Positions 33,454 to 45,612 of a DNA stretch of 64,000 nucleotides are shown piece after piece. How positions within the stretch are numbered: the stretch's first letter is position 1; each line of letters starts with the position of its first letter. Source of the stretch: Candidatus Gemmiger stercorigallinarum (GTDB lineage Bacteria; Bacillota; Clostridia; Oscillospirales; Ruminococcaceae); NCBI GenBank assembly GCA_019119495.1, contig DWWX01000020.1, positions 57,738-121,737 on the forward strand, read 5' to 3'. The translations under genes and the position numbers were made by a program. The notes beneath the pieces are model-generated. The model was not told where the DNA came from. It was given only the letters and a program-made list of their open reading frames with translations, and searched no databases.

Positions 33454-34395
33454 TCATTTCAGCACGCCGTCCAAAACCTGCCGGCAGTACCAAGGCTTTG
33501 GCGCGCAGAATCGCTTGCCGGCCAGACCGGCGAAGGCAGGGTCGGAGATTTTTGCCGGGAAAGCAAGCTCCCAGGCGCACAGAGCCTGGTATTTCAGTTT
33601 CAGCTCCCGGTTGGCGGCGTGGTTGCCGTACTTGGAATCGCCCAGGATCGGGCAGCCGATGCTGGCCAGGTGGGCGCGGATCTGGTGGGTGCGCCCTGTG
33701 ACCAGTTCCACCTGCAAAAGCGCCAGCCGCCCGCTGACGGCCAGTGTCTCGTAGGCGGTGATGATCTCCCTGGCGCCGGGGCGGGGGCGGTTTACCACCC
33801 GCACGATGCCGGCCTCGGCATCCTTGAGCAGATAGTCGTGCAGGGTGGCCGCGGGCGGCTGCGGCCGGCCAAAGGTTACGCACAGATACCGCTTGCGCAG
33901 CGCGCGGTCCCGGATCAGGCCGGTCAAAAACGCCTCGGCCTCCGGCGTTTTGGCCAGCAGTACCAGCCCGCTGGTGCCGGTGTCCAGCCGGTGGCAGAGC
34001 CGGGGCGGGCGGGCGGCATCCCAGCGGCCGGCGTCGTACAGCGTCTTGCACACGCGGTTTGCCAGCGTGTCGGCGTCCGGGCCTTCCACCGGGATGCCGG
34101 CGGGTTTGTTGGCGACGATCAGATCGTCGTTTTCGTACACAAATTCAGCCGGACGCAGGCCGGCGAACGCCGGGCCCTGGCGCGGCGCTTCGCCCAGCTG
34201 CTCGTCGGTTAGGTACAGGCGGATAACGTCGCCGTTCTGCACGCGGGTGGCAAGCGGCTGCTTTTTGCCGTTGAGCTTGATTTTGTTCTCCCGCAGGGCC
34301 TTGTTCAGCCGCCCGATGCCCAGCGCCGGGTACTGCCGGGCCAGGTACTTGTCCAGCCGTACCGGCAGCAGGCTTTTTACATGGATCTCTCTCAC
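33454..34395 (-). CDS. RluA-family pseudouridine synthase with S4 domain
   Basis: RLDKYL, NKPAG, HRLDTGTSG, TGRTHQIRAH, PILGD.KYG; GTG start overlapping upstream stop (GTGA). Confidence 0.92.
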   Translation of the reverse strand: MREIHVKSLLPVRLDKYLARQYPALGIGRLNKALRENKIKLNGKKQPLATRVQNGDVIRLYLTDEQLGEAPRQGPAFAGLRPAEFVYENDDLIVANKPAGIPVEGPDADTLANRVCKTLYDAGRWDAARPPRLCHRLDTGTSGLVLLAKTPEAEAFLTGLIRDRALRKRYLCVTFGRPQPPAATLHDYLLKDAEAGIVRVVNRPRPGAREIITAYETLAVSGRLALLQVELVTGRTHQIRAHLASIGCPILGDSKYGNHAANRELKLKYQALCAWELAFPAKISDPAFAGLAGKRFCAPKPWYCRQVLDGVLK

Positions 34396-36386
34396 TTTTG
34401 TATCGTCTCCAACTCTTTGTCCCACAGCACGGTGGCGTCGTCGATGTCCAGCGTGACCATCAGCCAGCCGGGGTCGCTGTCGTCAAACCCGGTGATGGCG
34501 TATTCGATCCCGTCCGCCGCAATGGCGGCGGCGTTTTCCAGCTTTGCGCGGGTAAAGGGGGCGTCGGCAAAGCAGACGGTCTTTTTGGTGCTGTCCAGCA
34601 CGCCGCGGTTCCACAGCTGGTCGGTGTAATCGGCCAGGCGCAGGGGATAGTTCTCGTCATAGCGGGTGCACAGCGCGTCGCCGGCAAAGTCCTGCATGCC
34701 GGGGGCGATCACATACCACCGGCAGCTGCCGTCGGCCGAGCGCACCTCGCCGCACCAGGCGGCGTCCTTCACCGGCTCCACCGCCTGCAAAAACGCGGTC
34801 TCGTCCCGGAACAGGTACAGGCTGCCGGCGTCCGCCCTGCCTTCTGCCAGCTTCGCCAGCGCAGACTGGCGCGCAGCGTCCAGCGCGCCGGCGTCGTAGC
34901 GGGCGGCAAAGGGGTCGTTGGTGGTCATGCCGTTGTCGGCGGCGTACAGCGCCAGGTGCAGCGCGTCGTCCTGGATGCCGTTCAGCGAGACGATGTGCTC
35001 ATAGCGGGATGCGGCTTCCTGCCAGAAGCTGCTCTCCAGCCCGGAGGGGAAAGCCTGCTGCTGTTGCGCCTCCGCCATGGCCTGGCTGCGCTGCACAAGG
35101 CCGGGGGAAATATCCCACACCTGCACCGCCGCCAGCAGCACCGCGGCTGCGACCGGCGCGCCCCGCCAGCGCCGCGGCACGGCCCGCGCCAGCCAGACAA
35201 AGGCCGTGAGCAAAAGCAGGTAATAGACCGGCCAGAACATCCGCCCGCCGGAGCGGAACACCGAACAAAGCTGCAAAAGCGGCCCCGGCAGCGGCAGTTC
35301 CAGCAGCGTGGCGCCGTTTGCCGTCACCGCATTGCTTACGGCAAACAGCGTTAAGATCAGGCAGACCACGCCCAGCATCCAGTGGCGGCGGACCAGCCCA
35401 CGCAGCCCCAGCCGGCGCTGCAATGCCAATATAAGCGCGGCCGCCGGCAGGGCGATCAATACGCCCAGCCCCAGGTAGGCAAAGGCGTCGTAGTTGCCGC
35501 CCACCTGATTCTGCACCGGAAGCAGCCGGCTCCAGACAGTGCCGTTTACGCCCGCCGGGTTCCACAGCGCGTTCAGGTTCAAGCCGAAATAGCCGTACAG
35601 CGCGTCGCTGCCGCCGGAAGCATCGCCGTAAAACAGCCCAAACACCCACCCGGCCGCGGCGGTGGCGGCCAGATCGCCGGCCAGGTACAGCGCAGGCCTT
35701 GCCCACCGGCGGTTTGCGGTGGCGTATTCCACCAGCAGCGCCAGCGTGACGGCATAGGTCATGGGCACAAAGTAGGGGTGGATGGTGACGGCGGCCACGT
35801 TGAGCAAAAACAGCCCCGGCCCCGGCATCCGATCCTGCCGCCGGCAGCGGAAATACCAGTACAGCGCGGCCAGGATAAAGAACTGTGCCCCCAGCGCGGT
35901 GTGGCGGATGGCCCGCTCAAACAGCACAGGGCTTGTGACAAACAGGATATCCCCCAGCAGGGGCAGCGCCACGCCCGGAACAAACAGCCCGGTCAAAAGC
36001 GCGCCGAACGCCCCCTGCAGGAAAAACGCCAGCAGCGTAAACCAGCCGAAATACTGGAAGGTGTCCGGCAGGACCGGTGACAGCAGCCGGAACAGCGCCG
36101 CAAACAGCGGGACCGAGTCGGTATACGCGACGCTGAGCCCATCAGGAAAATTGATGTTTTGAGCGATGCACAGCGGGAAGCCGGGCTCGCTTTGCCGGTA
36201 GAACAGCCAGCCGGCGTAATGCTGCTGGATGTCCTTCTCGATATAGCCTCCGCGGCAGAAGGCGTCGTTGGTCACGTCCAGCGGAGCCGCGCCGTAGACC
36301 AAAAGGAAGGCCAGCGCCCCCAGCGCGCCCCCCAGCAAAAACAGCGCAAGTGTGCGGCGCTGCGCTGCCGTATGTTCTGTGTGCAT
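34392..36386 (-). CDS. Polytopic membrane protein (DUF6311-like)
   Basis: D..QHYAGWLFYR, YTDSVPL, FQYFG, HPY, YLGLG, FRSGGRMFWP; GGAGG RBS. Confidence 0.75.
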   Translation of the reverse strand: MHTEHTAAQRRTLALFLLGGALGALAFLLVYGAAPLDVTNDAFCRGGYIEKDIQQHYAGWLFYRQSEPGFPLCIAQNINFPDGLSVAYTDSVPLFAALFRLLSPVLPDTFQYFGWFTLLAFFLQGAFGALLTGLFVPGVALPLLGDILFVTSPVLFERAIRHTALGAQFFILAALYWYFRCRRQDRMPGPGLFLLNVAAVTIHPYFVPMTYAVTLALLVEYATANRRWARPALYLAGDLAATAAAGWVFGLFYGDASGGSDALYGYFGLNLNALWNPAGVNGTVWSRLLPVQNQVGGNYDAFAYLGLGVLIALPAAALILALQRRLGLRGLVRRHWMLGVVCLILTLFAVSNAVTANGATLLELPLPGPLLQLCSVFRSGGRMFWPVYYLLLLTAFVWLARAVPRRWRGAPVAAAVLLAAVQVWDISPGLVQRSQAMAEAQQQQAFPSGLESSFWQEAASRYEHIVSLNGIQDDALHLALYAADNGMTTNDPFAARYDAGALDAARQSALAKLAEGRADAGSLYLFRDETAFLQAVEPVKDAAWCGEVRSADGSCRWYVIAPGMQDFAGDALCTRYDENYPLRLADYTDQLWNRGVLDSTKKTVCFADAPFTRAKLENAAAIAADGIEYAITGFDDSDPGWLMVTLDIDDATVLWDKELETIQK

Positions 36387-36500
36387 GGGCGGGACCTCCT
36401 GGTGCGATGGTTTTGCGGCGTCCGCATTTTGTTTTCTGCTGCTATTTTACCACAAACCCGCCCGATTGCCTACCGTCCGGCAAAAACGAGCAACAGAGAT

Positions 36501-36530
36501 TTGACAAAGCCTGCCGCCGCGTTGTACAAT
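36501..36530 (+). promoter_or_regulatory. SigA promoter of tRNA-Leu
   Basis: TTGACA-18 nt-TACAAT. Confidence 0.75.
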
Positions 36531-36540
36531 AAACCGGTAA

Positions 36541-36624
36541 GCCGCCATGGCGGAACTGGCAGACGCAAGGGACTTAAAATCCCTCGCTGGAGACAGCGTA
36601 CCGGTTCGATCCCGGTTGGCGGCA
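36541..36624 (+). tRNA. tRNA-Leu(TAA)
   Basis: GCCGCCA/TGGCGGC acceptor, AGGGA-CTTAAAA-TCCCT anticodon arm, long variable arm; no encoded CCA. Confidence 0.95.
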
Positions 36625-36632
36625 CTGAGGAT

Positions 36633-36680
36633 GAGAAGGGGAGCAGAAACCCGGGTTTCTGCTCCCCTTCTCGTTTTTTG
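36633..36680 (+). terminator. Intrinsic terminator after tRNA-Leu
   Basis: GAGAAGGGGAGCAGAAAC...GTTTCTGCTCCCCTTCTC-GTTTTTT. Confidence 0.85.
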
Positions 36681-36929
36681 TGTCTTTTATTTTGTCCGGC
36701 TTATGCCTCCTGTGTTTGGCCGCCGCGCCCGCACCCCAAAGACGACGGCCTTATAGTTCCATACCGAAAAGCAGCCGGCCGCAGCGGCTGACCGGGAAAA
36801 GCCGGCTGCCGATGATCGAGAGCGGCGGCGCGTATCCATGCCGATTTTTGTCCGCACATTTTGCAATGCTGGCTCGTTATATAAAATAGAAAGACAAATG
36901 CCGGCCGGCAGGGAAGGAGGGGATGCACG

Positions 36930-37388
36930 ATGCAGGAGGATCTGGTGGTACAGTACGAGAAGCTGTACCGATACTGCTATTTTCGCGTCCGCGACGCCGA
37001 TCTGGCCGAGGACCTGACGCAGGAAGCCTTCCTGCGCTATTACCGCCAGGACGAGAGCAAGCGGCAGGCAGGCGGGACGGCTTACCTGTACGGGATCGCC
37101 CGCAACCTGTGTACCGATGCCTTCCGCCGGCGGCCTGCGCTGCCGCTGGACGACCAGCTGCCGGCGCCGGACAGCCTGGCGGACACGGACCGCACCCTTG
37201 CGCTGCGCCAGGCCATTGCCGGCCTGCCTGCCGACCAGCAGGAGATCCTGCTGCTGCGGTACGCGAATGACCTGCCGGTGGGGCGGGTGGCCGCCATTGT
37301 GGGGCTTTCCCGCTTTGCGGTCGGCCGCAAACTGCGCGTCGCGCTGAAACGTCTGCGTGAAACATTACGGGAGGAGGATTTTGCATGA
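36930..37388 (+). CDS. ECF-type RNA polymerase sigma factor
   Basis: LYRYCY, AEDLTQEAFLR, YLYGIARNLCTD, region 4 LPADQQEILLLRY. Confidence 0.9.
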   Translation: MQEDLVVQYEKLYRYCYFRVRDADLAEDLTQEAFLRYYRQDESKRQAGGTAYLYGIARNLCTDAFRRRPALPLDDQLPAPDSLADTDRTLALRQAIAGLPADQQEILLLRYANDLPVGRVAAIVGLSRFAVGRKLRVALKRLRETLREEDFA

Positions 37389-38116
37389 AACATCATGGCC
37401 CCCGCAAAATCGATTGGCATGCTGAGCTGCGCGCCGCCTTTGCCACGCCGCCCGCCCGGCGCGGGGCGGCGTTTCTGGCCGGGCTGCCGGCCTGGCGGCC
37501 CCATACCGGCGTCGGCTGGCTTTTGTGGGTGCAGCTGCGCTATCTCCGCTGGCGGGTCTGGCTGGCGGCCGCAGGGGCGGCGGGGTTCTGCCTTTGGCTG
37601 GCGTCCGTGCCTGGCAGGCAGGACGATGCCTGGGCGCTGGCCGCCGTCCTGCCGCTGGTAACGCTGGTCCTGGTCTGTGAGCTGGCCCGTGCCGCGCGGT
37701 TCGGCATGGCGGAACTGGAGGCCGCCTGCCGGTACAGCCTGCGGCAGGCGGTGATGGCGCGCACGCTGCTGCTGGGGGCGGCGATGCTGCCGGTGCTGGC
37801 CGCCGCCCTGGCCGCCCTGCACCGGATGACGGCGCTTGACCTCGCGCAGGCGGCGGTGTACCTGCTTACGCCCTGGCTGCTCTCGGCCGGGGGCAGTTTG
37901 TGGGTGCTGAACCGGTTCCGCGGCGCGGAGGGCGGTTATGCCTGCGCGGCAGTCTGCTGCGGGGTCAGTGCCGGGCGCTTCCTGCTGACCTTTTTCGATG
38001 AAGCTGCCGCTGCGGCGGAGTTTCTGCCGCTGTGGCAGGGGGCGCTGGCCGCCGCCATCCTGCTGACCGGCTGGCAGGCAAGGCGCTGGTACCGGCAGAC
38101 GCTGTGCCCGCAGTGA
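37385..38116 (+). CDS. Membrane protein coupled to ECF sigma (anti-sigma or permease-like)
   Basis: ATGA overlap; several hydrophobic helices; E..R...FGMAELE.ACRYS motif. Confidence 0.7.
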   Translation: MKHHGPRKIDWHAELRAAFATPPARRGAAFLAGLPAWRPHTGVGWLLWVQLRYLRWRVWLAAAGAAGFCLWLASVPGRQDDAWALAAVLPLVTLVLVCELARAARFGMAELEAACRYSLRQAVMARTLLLGAAMLPVLAAALAALHRMTALDLAQAAVYLLTPWLLSAGGSLWVLNRFRGAEGGYACAAVCCGVSAGRFLLTFFDEAAAAAEFLPLWQGALAAAILLTGWQARRWYRQTLCPQ

Positions 38117-38186
38117 CCGGGAAAAACGCTTTGCCTTTTTACCCGGACAGCCGGGGCGGCATGGAAAAACGACAGGAGGGACTTTT

Positions 38187-39053
38187 ATGGAACTGGTTTT
38201 GGATCGGGTCACGAAGCAATACGGCGCCAAGCTGGCCTGCGACCGTGTCAGCGCGCGGATGGGCCCCGGCGTATACGGGCTGCTGGGGGCCAACGGCGCA
38301 GGCAAGACCACATTGATGCGCATGATCTGCGGGGTGCTGCGGCCCACCTCCGGCAGCATCCGTTTTGGCGGGATGGAGGTGGACAGCGAGGCTTACCGCG
38401 CCAGCCTGGGCTATCTGCCCCAGGAATTCGGCTACTACCCGGAGTTTACGGCGCAGGATTTTCTGCTTTATCTGGCTGCGCTGAAGGGCCTGCCCCGGCA
38501 GCAGGCCGGGCTGCAAACCGAAGAACTGCTGGAACTGGTGGGGCTGGCCCCCCAGCGCCGCAAAAAGATCCGCACGTTTTCCGGCGGCATGCGCCGCAGG
38601 CTGGGCATTGCCCAGGCGCTGCTGGGCAGCCCGCAGCTGCTGGTGCTGGACGAGCCCACCGCCGGCCTGGACCCCAGCGAGCGGGTGCGCTTCCGCAACC
38701 TGATCGCCCGCCTGGGCGAGACGCGGACGGTGCTGCTGTCCACCCACATTGTCTCTGACGTGGAGCACATCGCAGGCACCATCCTGCTGTTGAAGGACGG
38801 CGTGCTGCTGCAAAGCGGCAACCGCCGTCAGGTGCTGGAAACGGTGGCCGGCAAAGTATGGACCTGCACAGTCCCGGCCGCGCAGGCGGAGGAACTGTGC
38901 GCCCGCTACCCTGCGGCGGACGTCCACCCGGAAGCCGGGGGCACCACCCTGCGGCTGATCGCGCCGGAAGCGCCCTGTGCCGGCGCACGGCCGGCCGAGC
39001 CGAATCTGGAGGATCTGTATCTCTCGGTGTTTCAGGAGGTGAGCGGAAAATGA
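38187..39053 (+). CDS. ABC transporter ATP-binding protein
   Basis: GANGAGKT, GYLPQ, FSGGM, LDEPTAGLD, STH. Confidence 0.95.
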   Translation: MELVLDRVTKQYGAKLACDRVSARMGPGVYGLLGANGAGKTTLMRMICGVLRPTSGSIRFGGMEVDSEAYRASLGYLPQEFGYYPEFTAQDFLLYLAALKGLPRQQAGLQTEELLELVGLAPQRRKKIRTFSGGMRRRLGIAQALLGSPQLLVLDEPTAGLDPSERVRFRNLIARLGETRTVLLSTHIVSDVEHIAGTILLLKDGVLLQSGNRRQVLETVAGKVWTCTVPAAQAEELCARYPAADVHPEAGGTTLRLIAPEAPCAGARPAEPNLEDLYLSVFQEVSGK

Positions 39054-40249
39054 GACAGTTTTGGACCATCGTCGGGTTTGAATACCGCAAGATCCTGCGC
39101 AGGCGCTCCACCTGGATCGCGCTGGCCGCAGTGCTGATCTTTGCGCTGCTCAATTCCCAGCTGTATCTGATGGGCGGGTCCTACATCAACGGCGAATATC
39201 TGGAATCCAACCGCCAGGCAATGGAAAAGGACCGGGGCTATGCCCTGGCGCTCAGCGGCAGGCCGATGGACGGCGAACTGCTGACGGAAGCCGCCCGCGC
39301 TTACCAGGCCATCCCGCAGGACGCCGAGCTGTACCAGGCGACGCAGGAATACCAGCAGACCGCCCGCCCCTACGAGCCGATCTGGCTGATGATGAGCAAC
39401 TTTTATACCGAGGAGGAAGTGCTTGCCATGACGCCCGACCTGGCCGCGGAATTTTATGCCCGCCGCAGCGCGCTGGTGGCAAAAGACATTGCCGAGATGA
39501 GTGCCGGCGACGCCACCAAAGCCGCTCTGCTGGCCTGGGACGCGCAGATCAAAACGCCCTGGACCTACCGCTCCACCGCCGGGTACGAGACCTTTTTGAC
39601 AGCACTGGAATTTGTGGGCTTTCTGGCGGCCTTTGCGGGGGCGGTCTGTTTGGCGCCGCTGTTTGCCGGCGAATGTTCCCGCGGCACCGACCCGATCCTG
39701 CGCAGCGCCCGGCATGGCCGTGGCCTGCTGGCCTGGGCCAAGCTGCTGGCGGGGACCACGGTGCAGCTGGCGCTGTTCGGGCTGACGGCCGGGGCGTCCT
39801 GGCTCAGTTTCCTGCTCAGCTACGGCTTTGACAACGGCGATGCACCGCTGCAAATGATGGCCTGGCGCTACAACTACCCGCTGACTCTGCTGCAGTGCAC
39901 GCTTTTATGCGTGCTGTGCGTGATGGCAGCCAGCCTGATGCAGGCCGCCCTGACCATGCTGCTGAGCGCCCGTCTGAAAACGCCCTTTGCGGTGGTCATC
40001 GTCGTCACGGTGCTGATGCTGGCGCCGATGATGTTTGATCTGCCCAAGCGCCCGCTGTGGCCGCTATTGCTGTACAACCTGCTGCCGGTGCGCATGATGA
40101 AGTTTTCCAACATTTTCAGCCCTGCGCCCTACGAGCTGCCGGGCGCGGTGGTGCCCCAGTACGTGGTGTTCCCGGCGTTTGCGCTGCTGGCCGCGCTGGC
40201 GCTGGTTTTTCTGGCGGCACGCTGCTACCGGCGGCGCCAGGTCGCTTGA
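39050..40249 (+). CDS. ABC-2 type permease
   Basis: FEYRK, N-terminal TM, extracellular loop, APLFAGE...S..GR...AKL, further TMs. Confidence 0.85.
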   Translation: MRQFWTIVGFEYRKILRRRSTWIALAAVLIFALLNSQLYLMGGSYINGEYLESNRQAMEKDRGYALALSGRPMDGELLTEAARAYQAIPQDAELYQATQEYQQTARPYEPIWLMMSNFYTEEEVLAMTPDLAAEFYARRSALVAKDIAEMSAGDATKAALLAWDAQIKTPWTYRSTAGYETFLTALEFVGFLAAFAGAVCLAPLFAGECSRGTDPILRSARHGRGLLAWAKLLAGTTVQLALFGLTAGASWLSFLLSYGFDNGDAPLQMMAWRYNYPLTLLQCTLLCVLCVMAASLMQAALTMLLSARLKTPFAVVIVVTVLMLAPMMFDLPKRPLWPLLLYNLLPVRMMKFSNIFSPAPYELPGAVVPQYVVFPAFALLAALALVFLAARCYRRRQVA

Positions 40250-40270
40250 CACCCTTTTAAGATGTATCTG

Positions 40271-40325
40271 AAAAGAGATCCCAATGCGTATCGGCTGAAT
40301 GCCGGGCTGCATTGGGATCTTTTCT
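40271..40325 (+). terminator. Terminator of ECF-ABC operon
   Basis: AGATCCCAATGC...GCATTGGGATCT-TTT. Confidence 0.7.
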
Positions 40326-40603
40326 TTGCCGGCGGGAGGGCTGAGCGGGGCAGTCGGAACAGCGGCGGGACGGTTTGCAGAAATGCGCCCCGACCGGAAC
40401 AGCTCCCGGCGTTTTCCGCAAAAAAATCCGGCGCAGCGGTCAGATTGTGTCTTATTTGTAACATCTTTTCCCAAGTGCTTGCCATTTGCAAAAAAAGGCT
40501 ATAAAATGTACCATGTATTTTTATAAGTGTCCCTTTTGGATAACTGAGTAGAAATATTGCAGAACAACGGCGTGCCGCGGCGCGCGGGAGGCAGGGGATA
40601 CGG

Positions 40604-41560
40604 TTGAAGCGGATCTTTGTCATCAATCCTGTGGCGGGACCGAAAAATCCATCTTCCATGCTGCGTCCCCGCATCCAGGCGGCCGCAGCGCAGTGTGCGG
40701 ACGAGGTGGAGATCCTGGAAACGACCCGTCCCGGCCATGCGCGGGAGCTGGCGGAACAGTTTGCCAAGGCCGCAGAGCCTGTCTGGCTGTACGCCTGCGG
40801 CGGGGACGGCACTTTCAACGAGATGGTGCAGGCCGCGGTGGGGCATCCGAACCTCTCTGTCGGGCTGGTGCCCTGCGGCAGCGGCAACGATTTTGTGCGG
40901 AACTTTGCCCCAAAGGAGCAGTTTCTGGACATCGCCGCTCAGCTGGCGGGCAGCCCCCATGCCATCGATACCATCTGTACGGAGTACGGGTACAGCGCCG
41001 CCATCTGTGCGGCCGGGCTGGACGCCCAGGTCGCCTATGGGATCCCCAAATTCAAGCGGCTGCCCTTCTGCGGCGGCAGCATGGCATATACGCTGTCCAT
41101 CGCCGAGGCGGTTTTCAGCACCTTTCGCCACCGGCTGCGTGTCACATTGGACGACCGCATGCTGGAAGGGGATTACATGATGTCGGCCATCTGCAACGGC
41201 AGGGTCTACGGCGGCGGTTATTTCGCCGGCCCCCATGCGCTTTTGGACGACGGTTTGCTGGATGTGGTGCTGTTAAAGCCGGTGCCCCGCTGGAAGATAG
41301 CCGGCCTGCTGGCCAGGTACAAGGCGGGCGGGCACCTGACCGCAGAGGATGCCGTCAAGCCGGAGTTTGCCCCGTATATGACCTTCTGCCGGGTGCGCAC
41401 CGTCACGATGGAAATACTGGACGGCCGCCCGCTGATCGTCACGCTGGACGGCGAATGCGCCCCGCGCACCAGCCTGCACGCCCAGGTCTGCGAGAAAAAC
41501 CTGTCTGTACTGCTGCCCGCCGGGCTGGACGCCAAAACGCTGCCTTTTGTTCGGCGCTGA
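40604..41560 (+). CDS. Diacylglycerol/lipid kinase family protein (YegS/DagK)
   Basis: INPVAG, GGDGT.NE, PCGSGNDF, YGGG, DDGLLD, LDGE. Confidence 0.9.
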   Translation: MKRIFVINPVAGPKNPSSMLRPRIQAAAAQCADEVEILETTRPGHARELAEQFAKAAEPVWLYACGGDGTFNEMVQAAVGHPNLSVGLVPCGSGNDFVRNFAPKEQFLDIAAQLAGSPHAIDTICTEYGYSAAICAAGLDAQVAYGIPKFKRLPFCGGSMAYTLSIAEAVFSTFRHRLRVTLDDRMLEGDYMMSAICNGRVYGGGYFAGPHALLDDGLLDVVLLKPVPRWKIAGLLARYKAGGHLTAEDAVKPEFAPYMTFCRVRTVTMEILDGRPLIVTLDGECAPRTSLHAQVCEKNLSVLLPAGLDAKTLPFVRR

Positions 41561-41763
41561 AGAAAAAGCCCTGGGGCGGCCGGTATGTGACCGGCCCGGT
41601 GATCAGGAAAATCGGAGAGAGCAAAGGTGCTGAGAAATTTGCCAAAAAGCAGCGGATGCAACGCTGAGGTACGCGGCTTTTTGGCAGGATCAGACAGCGC
41701 CGGGGATCTTTCCGATACACCCTGGAAAGCAAGACCCTTGCCGGGTTAATGGAGGGAAAGAAT

Positions 41764-44223
<2,460 letters not shown>

Positions 44224-44255
44224 GCGGCCCGGCAAAAAAAGAGTTGAGGAAGAAT

Positions 44256-44849
44256 ATGAATTTCCAGTTGAGTGAGTTCCAGGCGTCTTACGGACTGTCC
44301 AGTCAGCTGCCTGCCAGCGACCGGCCGGAGTTTGTCTTTTCCGGCCGCTCCAACGTGGGCAAGTCCAGCCTGATCAACCGGCTGTGCCAGCGCAAGAACC
44401 TGGCCCGCGTCAGCGCGACGCCGGGCAAGACGGCCACCATCAATTTTTACCGTGTGGACACCGTCTACTTTGTGGATCTGCCGGGCTACGGCTACGCCAA
44501 GGTATCCAACGCCGAGCGCCGCCGCTGGGACGAGCTGATCAACAGCTATTTCGAGGCCGAGCGCCGCACCACGCTGCTGGTGCAGCTGCTGGACAGCCGC
44601 CATGCCCCCAGCGCCGACGACGTGCAGATGCTGGAGTACCTGCAGTACCACCAGATTCCCTTTGTGGCCGCGCTGACCAAGGCGGACAAGTTGAAAAAGA
44701 CCCAGCAGCAGGCTGCCATGGCGGAGTTCACCGCGCTGCTGGAGCCTTACGGCTGCCAAAAGGTCTTTCTGACCAGCGCCGAGAAGGGATTGGGCATTGA
44801 GGAGCTGCAGGCCTGCCTGGCTGCCTGCCTGGAACAGCCGGAGGCGTGA
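44256..44849 (+). CDS. engB: Ribosome biogenesis GTPase YihA/YsxC
   Basis: GRSNVGKSS, PGKT, DLPGYGYA, TKADK. Confidence 0.95.
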   Translation: MNFQLSEFQASYGLSSQLPASDRPEFVFSGRSNVGKSSLINRLCQRKNLARVSATPGKTATINFYRVDTVYFVDLPGYGYAKVSNAERRRWDELINSYFEAERRTTLLVQLLDSRHAPSADDVQMLEYLQYHQIPFVAALTKADKLKKTQQQAAMAEFTALLEPYGCQKVFLTSAEKGLGIEELQACLAACLEQPEA

Positions 44850-44850
44850 T

Positions 44851-45612
44851 ATGGCGGCATACGGAGAATTTGCCTGGTTTTACGACGAATTCAACGGCGA
44901 AGCCGATTACCAGGCGCTGTTTGATTATGTCCACGGCGAGCTGGAAGCCAACGGCGTTGCCGGCGGCCTGCTGGCCGACCTGGGGTGCGGCACCGGCGAC
45001 TTGACGCTGATGCTCAGCCAGGCGGGTTATGATGTGATCGGCATCGACCGTTCGCCGGAGATGCTCAGCGTTTTCCGCGAGAAAGCGGACGAGCTGGGGC
45101 TTTCCGGCAAAGTGCTGCTGCTCTGCCAGGACATCCTGTCCATGGAGCTGTACGGCACCATCCGGGCTGCGGTGTCCACCTTTGACACCTTCAACCACAT
45201 CGGTCCCATCCAGCAGTTTGAAAAGGCGGTCCGGCAGGCCGCCTTTTTCATGGAAAAGGGCGGGGTGTTCCTGTTTGATTTGAACACCCCTTACAAGCAC
45301 GAGCGGGTGCTGGGCGACAACGCCTATACCATCGAGGCGCCCGACGCCCGCTGCGACTGGCAGAACCACTATGACCCGGCCGGCTGGGTGGATATGCAGC
45401 TGACCATCACCGACCTGCCCTCCGGCCAGGTGGTGAGAGAATCGCTGCGGGAATACAGCTACTCGATGGAAACGGTCCGCGCCGCGCTGGACCGCTACGG
45501 GTTTACCCTGGTAAAAGTTTCGGACGGCGAGGATTTCGGTCCGGTGCGGCCGGACAGCCAGCGGTGGATCTTCACCGCCGTCAAGCGTTACACGCAGGAG
45601 GAAACAGTATGA
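44851..45612 (+). CDS. Class I SAM-dependent methyltransferase (YqeM-like)
   Basis: Y..FA.FYD, DLGCGTG, GIDRS.EML, GGVFLFD. Confidence 0.9.
   Translation: MAAYGEFAWFYDEFNGEADYQALFDYVHGELEANGVAGGLLADLGCGTGDLTLMLSQAGYDVIGIDRSPEMLSVFREKADELGLSGKVLLLCQDILSMELYGTIRAAVSTFDTFNHIGPIQQFEKAVRQAAFFMEKGGVFLFDLNTPYKHERVLGDNAYTIEAPDARCDWQNHYDPAGWVDMQLTITDLPSGQVVRESLREYSYSMETVRAALDRYGFTLVKVSDGEDFGPVRPDSQRWIFTAVKRYTQEETV

Noticed and set aside
40263-40279. TGTATCTGAAA(A)GAGAT similarity with 53578-53593
   Set aside because: Only two imperfect copies, one overlapping a terminator arm; likely chance.
36600-40600. Integrative element at tRNA-Leu
   Set aside because: No integrase and no duplicated tRNA 3' end found.
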